Source: Octopus sinensis | Taxonomy: Eukaryota | Length of the DNA stretch: 64,000 nt | Reading direction: 5' to 3' | Assembly: GCF_006345805.1 (NCBI RefSeq) | Contig: NC_043007.1 | Coordinates: 31,868,001 to 31,932,000 of the forward strand | Part shown: positions 57,801 through 64,000 of the stretch, piece after piece | Layout of the letters: each line of letters opens with the position of its first letter | Numbering within the stretch: position 1 is the stretch's first letter | Translations under genes and position numbers: made by a program | The notes under the pieces: generated by a model | Told to the model about the DNA's origin: nothing | What the model saw: the letters and a program-made list of their open reading frames with translations, nothing else | Databases searched by the model: none

Positions 57801-60429
57801 TTTGTGTGTGTTTGTGGGTTCCCACAACATTGCTTGACAACCAATGCTGATGTGTTTACATCCCCGTAACCTAGCAGTACGGCAAAAGAGACTGATAGAA
57901 TAAGTACTAGGCTTACAAAGAATAACTCCTGGGGTCGATTTGCTCGACTAAAGGCGGTGTTCCAGCATGGCCACAGTTAAAATGACTGAAGCAAGTAAAA
58001 AGAAAAAAAAAGATCTGGACTTTGCTACCCCGAAACCAAGGACTCAAAGGGCCAGTAACCCATCTAGCATGCCATATAGGTGACTACGGTCCCCACATTC
58101 CCAGCGAATGGGATGCTGGTCAATCATAGGGTTGGCCATTTACAGCTGAATGTACTGAAGCGATGGGAAATGAAATGTTTAGCTCAGCAACACACTGCAC
58201 TGCCCGGTTCAGAAACTGAAACCACAATCTTGTGACCACGAGTGCAACACCCTGACTACCAGGTCACACACCTTTTTTTTCTTATACTTTACCCTTCAAA
58301 AAACAAACACATGTCTGTGTTATTGAGTTAGATATTAACAAAATAGTATGAAATCATTAGGCATTCAATCTCATCATCATCATCATTTAAAGGCAGCAAG
58401 CTGGCAGAATCGTTAGCATGCCAGGCAAAATGCTTAGCAGTATTTCGTCTGTCGCTAAGTTCTGAGTTCAAATTCTGCTGAGGTCGACTTTGCCTTTCAC
58501 CCTTTCGGGGTCAATAAATTAAGTACCAGTTACGCACTGGGGTCGATATAATGGACAATCCATTTGTTTGTCCCCTCTGTGTTTAGCCCCTTGTTGGGTA
58601 GTAAAGAAATAGGTATTTCACCTGTCTTTATGTTCGGAGTTCAAATTCCACTGAGGTTGACTTTGCCTTTCATCCTTTCGGGGATTGATAAATTAAGTAC
58701 CAGATGTGTAATGGGGTCGATCTAATCGACTGCTCCTCCTCCCAAAAAATTTCAGGCCTTGTGCCCAGAGTTGAAAAGAATATCATCATCATTTAATGTC
58801 CTTTTCCATGCTGGCATGAATTGGATGGTCTGGCAGCTGCCCAGGCCTCATGTCTATTTTGCAATGGTTTCTACGGCTGGATGCCCTTCCTTATGCCAAC
58901 CACTTTACAGAGTGTACTGAGTGCTCTTACACAGCACCAACATGAGCACTATTTACGTGGCACCAGCACGAGTGCATTTCATGTGGCACATTTTTTCTAG
59001 GTTTTAATTTTTCTTATCTTCAACCACCTCTGATATCATTGCAGGGGAGGGATCCTTGTTACCTAAGAGAGTTAAGAACAGGGGACACATTATCCTATTG
59101 TTGCCCAAAGAAAGCAAACTGGAGCTCCGTTGTCAGAGGAATGGATATTTTAAATATAAATAAAATTTATCTCCTTTTACTGGGGATGAGAACAATAAGG
59201 GCCCAATAACAACAAAATGAGATGATAGGGTACAGCTGTTTGGATGCTGAAAATTTGGTATGGAAGATTGGACATTCAGTCTGTTTTGGCAACAGCACCT
59301 TTTGGCGCAGAAGACAGACAGACAGACACATACATGCAGAAATATACACTTACACATAAAAAAAAGTGAAAAAGAGAGGAGGAGAGAAACAGAGATTACA
59401 ATTTACTATTCGTACCTGCTATTTTGTCTTTGATATTCTTTTGGTCTTCCCAACGTAACGAGTCAAAGTTGTGTATTTCTTGATGGTTAGAAACACGGGA
59501 TCTCTTCCAGAAGCAGGCAAAATGGAACCAGTTTGGCACCTACAGAAACCAATATAAAGAACATTTGTTTCAAAACTAAAATTCAAATTGGAAACTTTAA
59601 TTCTTTTTTTTTTTTTTTCAAGTGAAAAATTACTTTGACCTTTTAGTATCAACCTGTCCTTCACTCTACTCTACTCTGCTCAACGTGTTGCTCAGTCCAG
59701 GAATTGAAACCACAATCTTATGATCATGAGTCTAAAACCTTAACAACTAAGCCACACACTTCTACTCAGCATATGTCATCATCGTTTAACATCTATTTTC
59801 CATGCACTGGAACCCAACTCCTAATCACAACCACGTGATACCAAAGTGAACAACTTAACCAGTCACCCACACATCCAAGCCTTCATAACTATATATATTT
59901 ATCTTTCTACTGAATTTGCAACGAATTATAAAAAAATTAAAATTCTGTTGAGGAAAACGAAGTTTTTTTCATGAAAATACATATTCTTTTCTACTCTAGG
60001 CACAAGGTCCAAAATTTTTAGGGATGAGCCAGTCGATTAGATTGACCCCAATATGTAACTGGTACTTAATTTTATCAACCCCAAAAGGATGAAAGGCAAA
60101 GTCAACCTCGGCGGAATTTGAACTCAGAACATAAAGACAGAAGAAATACCTATTTCTTTACTACCCACAAGGGGCTAAACACAGAGAGGACAAACGGATT
60201 AAGTCGATTATATCAACCCCAGTGCATAACTGGTACTTAATTTATCGATCCCCAAAAGGATGAAAGGCAAAGTCGACCTCAGTGGAATTTGAACTCAGAA
60301 CGTAAAGACAGACGAAATACCGCTAAACATTTTGCCTGGGATACTAATGTTTCTGCTAACTCGCCGCCTTATGAAAATACATATTGACAAATAAAAATAT
60401 TAACTTACCTTTCCATCAAATACAGGTGA
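25468..60429 (-). CDS. PARP1: Poly(ADP-ribose) polymerase 1; 26 exons in window (2856 nt, 951 aa), first exon upstream of 64000
   Basis: All exons join in frame across GT-AG introns. Domains in order: Zn1, Zn2, NLS, Zn3, BRCT, WGR, helical domain, ART domain with HGS, GIYFA and YNEY catalytic motifs; TGA at 25468-25470. Confidence 0.98.
25541..26206 (-). other. U12-type (minor spliceosome) GT-AG intron, last intron of PARP1
   Basis: 5' site GTATCCTTC; branch site CACCTTAAC about 12 nt before the AG; no polypyrimidine tract. Confidence 0.9.
25625..25794. mobile_element. MITE with TIR TTTGATGGCATAAAAGACAC (second copy 28682-29082, interrupted by family A)
   Basis: Inverted termini GATGGCATAAAAGACAC / GTGTCTT..AT(A/G)CCATCAAA and shared internal sequence in both copies. 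Confidence 0.7.
26207..26321 (-). CDS. PARP1: PARP1 penultimate exon
   Basis: [38 protein letters not shown]+GA (first two bases of the catalytic Glu codon). Confidence 0.96.
26464..27280 (+). mobile_element. Tc1/mariner DD37D (maT-like) transposase relic with internal deletion
   Basis: [25 protein letters not shown]...[14 protein letters not shown]; 37 residues counted between the two Asp; stops and frameshifts present. Confidence 0.85.
27692..28098 (+). mobile_element. Family B SINE, full length
   Basis: Near-identical to 11024-11418. Confidence 0.9.
28260..28321 (-). CDS. PARP1: PARP1 exon (ART domain)
   Basis: [21 protein letters not shown]. Confidence 0.95.
29516..29643 (-). CDS. PARP1: PARP1 exon (ART domain, PARP signature Tyr)
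   Basis: [42 protein letters not shown]. Confidence 0.97.
30271..30377. repeat. Inverted repeat (arms of about 46 bp) made from a tRNA-like SINE head
   Basis: TTCAGCTCACTACCTGGAATTGAACTCGGAATCTTGGGGT versus ACCCCAAGATCCTGAGTTCAATTCCAGGCAGTGACCTGAA. Confidence 0.85.
30540..30935 (+). mobile_element. DD37D mariner 3' relic
   Basis: [18 protein letters not shown]...[20 protein letters not shown]. Confidence 0.85.
31168..31320 (-). CDS. PARP1: PARP1 exon (ART domain, catalytic His)
   Basis: [51 protein letters not shown]. Confidence 0.97.
32074..32172 (-). CDS. PARP1: PARP1 exon (ART domain)
   Basis: [33 protein letters not shown]. Confidence 0.96.
33899..34150. mobile_element. hAT-like MITE
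   Basis: TIRs CAGTGATTTCTCAA / TTGAGAAGGACTG; related copy at about 21470-21700; TSD not conserved. Confidence 0.7.
34167..34298 (-). CDS. PARP1: PARP1 exon (helical domain end)
   Basis: [44 protein letters not shown]. Confidence 0.97.
35070..35452 (+). mobile_element. Family A: 5'-truncated RTE 3' UTR copy (representative)
   Basis: About 25 related copies, approximate coordinates: 673-780(-), 6125-6295, 7740-7995, 12270-12530(-), 13220-13400, 14205-14352, 21962-22143, 25990-26145, 28705-28915(-), 33538-33810(-), 36125-36362, 40740-41045, 43262-43548, 46740-47032, 52680-52860(-), 53850-54153, 58785-58990(-). Shared 3' end CCAACCCATGCTAGCATGGAAAGCGGACGTTAAAC(GAT)n. Confidence 0.9.
35921..36043 (-). 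CDS. PARP1: PARP1 exon (helical domain)
   Basis: [41 protein letters not shown]. Confidence 0.96.
37455..37538 (-). CDS. PARP1: PARP1 exon (helical domain)
   Basis: [28 protein letters not shown]. Confidence 0.96.
38671..38796 (-). CDS. PARP1: PARP1 exon (helical domain)
   Basis: [42 protein letters not shown]. Confidence 0.96.
38880..39536. repeat. Minisatellite, about 10 units of about 66 bp, derived from the RTE 3' UTR
   Basis: Unit approx GGTTGATGCCAGTACCACCTGACTGGCTCCCATACCGGTGGCACGTAAAAAGCACCATTCGAGCGT. Confidence 0.93.
39872..40070 (-). CDS. PARP1: PARP1 exon (WGR)
   Basis: [21 protein letters not shown]...[17 protein letters not shown]. Confidence 0.97.
41194..41326 (-). CDS. PARP1: PARP1 exon (WGR)
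   Basis: [44 protein letters not shown]. Confidence 0.96.
41771..42032. repeat. Minisatellite, about 10 units of about 29 bp
   Basis: Unit approx CTAACCAATCAAATGTGACAGTTTAATAA. Confidence 0.92.
42870..42947 (-). CDS. PARP1: PARP1 exon (linker/WGR start)
   Basis: [26 protein letters not shown]. Confidence 0.95.
44273..44333 (-). CDS. PARP1: PARP1 exon (automodification linker)
   Basis: [20 protein letters not shown]+G; 61 nt supplies the phase 0-to-1 change needed between flanking exons. Confidence 0.85.
44730..44875 (-). CDS. PARP1: PARP1 exon (BRCT)
   Basis: [49 protein letters not shown]. Confidence 0.95.
45043..45817. repeat. Inverted repeat pair, 58-bp arms (45043-45100 and 45760-45817)
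   Basis: CTTTGCTCATTTCATCCATTAACTGCTGTCTGCGGAAGGACACATGTGGCAACTTCCA versus the reverse complement of the right arm. Confidence 0.8.
45964..46112 (-). CDS. PARP1: PARP1 exon (BRCT)
   Basis: [50 protein letters not shown]. Confidence 0.95.
46305..46520 (-). mobile_element. CR1/L2-like LINE 3' fragment
   Basis: [41 protein letters not shown], resembling the CR1 RT C-terminus. Confidence 0.75.
47314..47412 (-). CDS. PARP1: PARP1 exon (Zn3-BRCT linker)
   Basis: [33 protein letters not shown]. Confidence 0.92.
48332..49708. repeat. Tandem duplication with 681-bp period, bounded by (AAT)n tracts
   Basis: 48353-49006 and 49034-49687 appear identical by eye, and the ORF track repeats at +681. (AAT)7, (AAT)9 and (AAT)7 lie at the three junctions. 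Confidence 0.95.
48524..48935 (+). mobile_element. RTE LINE 3' fragment inserted in a family C SINE (duplicated at 49205-49616)
   Basis: [20 protein letters not shown]...VRWYGRVWR; (ATG)n tail; the SINE resumes afterwards. Confidence 0.85.
49978..50097 (-). CDS. PARP1: PARP1 exon (Zn3)
   Basis: [40 protein letters not shown]. Confidence 0.96.
50424..50880. repeat. Diverged direct repeat of about 155 bp, offset 307
   Basis: ATAATGGAATCCTATATTGATAAGCATTTATA...GAAATATAA at 50424 and 50731. Confidence 0.85.
51101..51183 (-). CDS. PARP1: PARP1 exon (Zn3)
   Basis: [27 protein letters not shown]. Confidence 0.96.
51398..51541. mobile_element. Tc1-like MITE with TA TSD
   Basis: TA|CAGTCAAGGCCAAAAGTTTGGAACA...TGTTCCAAACTTTTGGCCACAACTG|TA. 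Confidence 0.85.
52018..52134 (-). CDS. PARP1: PARP1 exon (Zn3/PADR1)
   Basis: [39 protein letters not shown]. Confidence 0.95.
52958..53325 (+). mobile_element. Family C tRNA-headed SINE, dimeric form
   Basis: Head GGCGGCGAGCTGGCAGAA..GAGTTCAAATTCC. Core GACTTTGCCTTTCATCCTTTC..GTCGATAAATTAAGTACCAG (recalled as Nin/Deu-like) is present twice. Confidence 0.85.
53428..53509 (-). CDS. PARP1: PARP1 exon (bipartite NLS)
   Basis: [28 protein letters not shown]; weak donor GTTGGT but phase fits. Confidence 0.9.
53727..54322. mobile_element. hAT-like MITE with 8-bp TSD, containing a family A insertion
   Basis: TIRs CAGTGCTTCTCAAA / TTTGAGTAGCACTG; TSD ATGTAGAC / ACGTAGAC (7/8 match, CpG decay). 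Confidence 0.85.
54406..54486 (-). CDS. PARP1: PARP1 exon (Zn2 end)
   Basis: [27 protein letters not shown]. Confidence 0.93.
   Translation of the reverse strand, partial: HCWLQNSEKGRSEGIGGEIGQREQHQ
55887..56023 (-). CDS. PARP1: PARP1 exon (Zn2)
   Basis: [45 protein letters not shown]. Confidence 0.95.
56340..56620 (-). mobile_element. Degenerate RTE-X-like LINE 3' fragment
   Basis: Peptide ..[29 protein letters not shown] resembles the RT C-terminus of the 61620-61920 fragment. Confidence 0.5.
57416..57546 (-). CDS. PARP1: PARP1 exon (linker, Zn2 start)
   Basis: [44 protein letters not shown]. Confidence 0.96.
57608..58003 (+). mobile_element. Family B SINE, full length
   Basis: Near-identical to 11024-11418. 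Older or partial copies at about 2833-3148(-), 17000-17360(-), 18242-18690, 22530-22875, 43070-43715(-), 54535-54900(-), 60627-60860(-), 62200-62510(-). Confidence 0.9.
59416..59539 (-). CDS. PARP1: PARP1 exon (Zn1)
   Basis: [41 protein letters not shown]. Confidence 0.96.
60409..60429 (-). CDS. PARP1: PARP1 21-nt microexon (Zn1)
   Basis: CTTTTCAG|TCACCTGTATTTGATGGAAAG|GTAAGT = SPVFDGK. Confidence 0.92.
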
Positions 60430-60460
60430 CTGAAAAGAGAAAAAAAGTGATATTGTCAAA

Positions 60461-60625
60461 GACCTGAATAATAATAATAGTAATAACAACAACATTGAAA
60501 AATACCTTAGGAATGAGAACCCAGGTTCAAATTTCCCCAAGACACCTGATGAAGGCTGGAGGGTATATCAGCCGAAACGTTAACAACAAACAAGATGAGG
60601 ACAAATATCCGTCAAATGTAAAGAA
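60461..60625 (+). mobile_element. 5'-truncated SINE/PLE-like element carrying the minimal hammerhead
   Basis: Starts GACCTGAATAATAATAA, the same string that follows the tRNA-like head at 30330-30386; contains the hammerhead core. Confidence 0.5.
60541..60581 (+). ncRNA. Penelope-type minimal hammerhead ribozyme core
   Basis: GACAC-CUGAUGA-A-GGCUG(GAGGGUAUAU)CAGCC-GAAAC-GUU. Intact core, 5-bp stem II, palindromic AACGUU stem III. The 3' strand of stem I is absent in this copy. Confidence 0.7.
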
Positions 60626-61619
60626 TGCGACTCTTACTCTTTTACTTGTTTCAGTTATTTGACTGTGGCCATGCTGGAGCACCACCTTTAGTCAAACAGA
60701 TCAACACCAGGAGTTATTCTTTGTAAGCTTTAGTACTTATTCTATTGGTTTCTTTTGCCAAACTGCTAGGTTTCGGGGACGTAAACACACCAACATCAAT
60801 TGTCAAGCAATGGTAGGGGGACAAACACAGACACACAAATACATATATATATATATATATAGTTGAAAAGTATCGTTATATGTACAAATAAACCACAAAT
60901 AATTACAGAAAATTGGAGGAGAAAAAGATGTTGAATCAAAATTAGATTTAGTACAAAATAGAATTCAATACATATGTTTGTTTCAAAGGACAATACGAAT
61001 ATGTAAGAAAAAAATTATAACCATAGTAATTATAATTAAATTTATGCATTGTCATTTTCATCAATGTGAGGAATTTTTTTAAGGACATCAAATGGGCTTC
61101 TTTTAGTTTCCATCTAACAAATCTACTCACAAAGCGTTGGTTGGCCCAAGGCTATAGAAGACACTTGCCCAAGGTGCCACACAGTAGGACTGAACCCGGA
61201 ACCATGTGGTTGCGAAGCAAACTTCTTACAATTATATTTTTTTTTATTATTTCTAGTGCTCCAGGAAGTGAACAAGATTGAAAACTTCAGACATTGGCAC
61301 TAATCACCAACCATAGTATTAACTGGTTTAATTCCATATGGAAGACATATCCCTCTTCATAAACCCATTAGTCTGTTCATCATTGCAGAGTGTCTTACTT
61401 CAGAACACATTTCTATCCAATTTGCTCATTTTAACACTTGCTACCAACCAACCAACCAACCTGAGACTACCCAAGTTCTTTAATACAAACCTTGTGCTTT
61501 AACTCTTTTGATATCAACCCACCTGAAACTGTCCCTGGTCCTATGACATAGATTTCTTGTTTTAAAAGCATTTAAATTAAAATTTACCATCAAAATGTCA
61601 TGTTCATTTATATTCCAAA

Positions 61620-61920
61620 TCATCATCATCATTGTTCGACCGTGGTCGAGACAATGGAATTTACCATGCTACGCCAGACTTCATGGTCCATCATGGCATT
61701 ATGGAGATCCTATTGCTGGATGCCTGTATCCCTGGAGATTACATCAGGGTAGGAGAGTGTGCACCCTCTGGTATTGCGAGTAGATGGCTTCCAGAGGAGA
61801 AGAGGAGAAATTATCTCGTTTTCAGCCCTACAACAATGTCCAGCAAACTGGACTCTCCTACCTTTCACAAGAGATGACACAGGTTCCAAATACCAGTTTA
61901 TAAATGACAAATTTTCCATT
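61620..61920 (-). mobile_element. RTE-X-like LINE 3' fragment
   Basis: LVKGRRVQFAGHCCRAENEIISPLLLWKPSTRNTRGCTLSYPDVISRDTG; (GAT)n tail at about 61620. Confidence 0.8.
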
Positions 61921-62544
61921 ATTTTTTAGACTCACCGAAAGCAGTATATTTCAAGAGAAATATGGCAACAAAAAAGTTAAATTGTTCAGAGAAACAATCC
62001 ACACCACAGAGAATGAGATTCACTATTCAGAGTTAGATAAGAATTTGAACAATTTATTTTCATTTCCACTGATTATAGCTTTCACATTTTAAGAGCTCTG
62101 CCTGCCTTTTGAACTAACATTATATTGCAAATAGCCTGGCCTCGAGGTAATGTCACCTGATGTTCCTTTAAAGAAGAATGTTAATCATAACGTGTACTGG
62201 AACTTGGACTACAGCCATGCTGGAGCACCCAGAGCTTTGATTTGTTTAATGAAAAAACAAATCAACTTCGGTACATATATTTTAAGTCCCCTTTGTGAAA
62301 CTGCAATGCTAAGCGAATGTAAACAACCAAACACCAAATGTCAATGTGGTGGGAGTGGGGGACAAGCACAAAGGCTTACACACACACACACACATCCACG
62401 CAGTTTCTGTCAACCTAATTCACTCACAAGACATTGGTCGGCCCAGAACAATAGAAGATGCCCAAGGTGTTGCCCAGTGGGATTGAACCTGAAACCACAT
62501 GGTTGCAATTAATATTCGTCACAGTGGCACTCTAATGCCACATT

Positions 62545-64000
62545 CATCATCATCGTTGTGTTTAACTGAGGACTGGCAAGCCAGGAGGCTGCACCAGGCT
62601 CCAATCTGATTTGGCAGTTTCTACAGCTGGATGCCCTTCCTAATGCCCACCATTCCAAGAGTGTAGTGGGTGGTTTTTACGTGCCACCAGCATGGGAGCC
62701 AGTCGGGCGGCTCTGGCATCGACCATGCTCAAACAGTACCTTGTAAGTGCCACCAGTATGGGTGCCAGTCAGGCAGCGCTGACACTGGCCATGACTATGG
62801 TTTCACTTGGTTCGATAGGTCTTCACAAGCACAGCACATTGCCCGATGATTGAAGGGTATTTTTAAAGGGGCCAGTTATGTAACACTGGCATCGGCCACA
62901 GCTACGAGCTCACTTGGTTTGCCAGGTCTTCTCAGTCACTTGTCATAGCCTCTGTAAGGCCCAATGTTTGAAGGTCATGCTTCACCACCTCATCTCATAG
63001 GTTCCCTCCACTGTTAGGGTGTGACACTTCTTCACACAGCTGCCCTTATCCATATGTAACACATGAACATATCAGTGCCGTACACCACATCTGATGCTTC
63101 TTATGTCCAACTTTTCTCTCAGGGCACTTGCGCTCTGTCGTGTATGCACACTGACTTTACACATCCAGCGAGGCATACTAGCTTCATTTCTTTCAAGCCT
63201 ACACATGCCCTCAGCAGTCACAGGTCCATGTTTCACTGCCATGTAGCATGGCTGTTCACACACAGGCATCATACAGTCGACCATTCATTCTGAGTGAGAA
63301 ACCCTTTGTTACCAGCAGAGTTAGGAGCTCTCTGAACTTTGCCCAGGCTATTCTTATTCTAGCAACTACGATCTCAGAGCATCTACCCCCACTACTGACT
63401 TAGTCACCTCGGTAATGGAAGCTATCAACTACTTCTAGTTTTTCCTCCTGGCATGTGATGGAATTTGTTATCTGTACAACTTTGGCGTCTATTGCATGTG
63501 TGCATCTACCACACATAAAAGCTCTTCTAACTTAACCTTCCTTTGGTATTGTTGCAGCTCTTATGTGTCCATAGCTTACACCGGGTACAGCTTATGGAGT
63601 TTCTACCGACGCCTTTTCTACAGATCGAGCAGTGGTTTTTACTAGGATGACTCTAAAGTCCTACAACTCTAGACCTTGCTTCCACACCTGAAACTTCTCT
63701 AGTTCTGATAGTGACTCTGCTATTAGAGCAAGGTCATCAACATAGAGGAGCTCCTGGGGCAGTCTGGCTTGAATTCCTCTGTTATTGCCTGGAGGACTAT
63801 GATGAATAAGAGGGGGCTGAGGACCAATCCTTGGTGAACCCTTACTTCTACCTGGAATTCTTCACTATACTTGTTGCCAACCCTCACCTTTCTGACAGCA
63901 TCCCTGTACATGGCTTGTACAGCTCTCACCAACCACTCATTTATCCCTAGTTTCTGCATTAACCACCAGATAAGGGATCGGAGCACCCTGTCAAAGGCTT
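62545..64000 (-). mobile_element. RTE LINE, RT core through 3' UTR and (GAT)n tail; source of family A
   Basis: RT peptides at 63723-63986 and 63072-63284 continue into the family A 3' UTR (GGCACGTAAAAA..CACCCACTACACTC..GGAAGGGCATCCAGCTGTAGAAAC). Confidence 0.9.

Noticed and set aside
61930-62050. GTGAGT donor as a candidate PARP1 exon 1
   Set aside because: The required phase-0 frame contains a stop and lacks the EYAKS/CxxC Zn1 motif. Exon 1 must lie beyond 64000.

Overview
AT-rich, repeat-dense eukaryotic genomic DNA. The repeat families and proteins point to a coleoid cephalopod (Octopus-like); this is inferred, not database-checked. Three spliced genes were assembled by hand from splice sites and reading frames; the ORF track misses almost all of their exons. 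(1) The 3' end of a + strand EF-hand-pair gene (three exons, 1-3299). (2) A complete - strand LIN52 (DREAM/MuvB subunit; 6 exons, 116 aa, 5949-16375). (3) A - strand PARP1: 26 exons in the window, 951 aa, stop at 25468-25470; its first exon lies beyond position 64000. The introns are packed with repeats: RTE-LINE fragments and their free 3' tails (family A), tRNA-headed SINEs (families B, C, H), TTAA, TA and hAT MITEs, and DD37D mariner relics. Main findings: two hammerhead-ribozyme motifs, a near-complete type I at 8773-8847 and a Penelope-type minimal one inside a probable tRNA-headed SINE at about 60541-60581. Both lie antisense to their host genes, which hints at ribozyme-bearing retroelement families. 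PARP1 has a U12-type last intron that splits the catalytic Glu codon, a 21-nt symmetric microexon encoding the Zn1 F44/D45 loop, and a possibly relocated caspase site. Other points: an in-frame stop followed by 28 open codons in the EF-hand gene, several long palindromes, a 66-bp LINE-derived minisatellite, a CCAAT-box minisatellite and an apparently exact 681-bp tandem duplication. No prokaryotic features and no CRISPR array were found.
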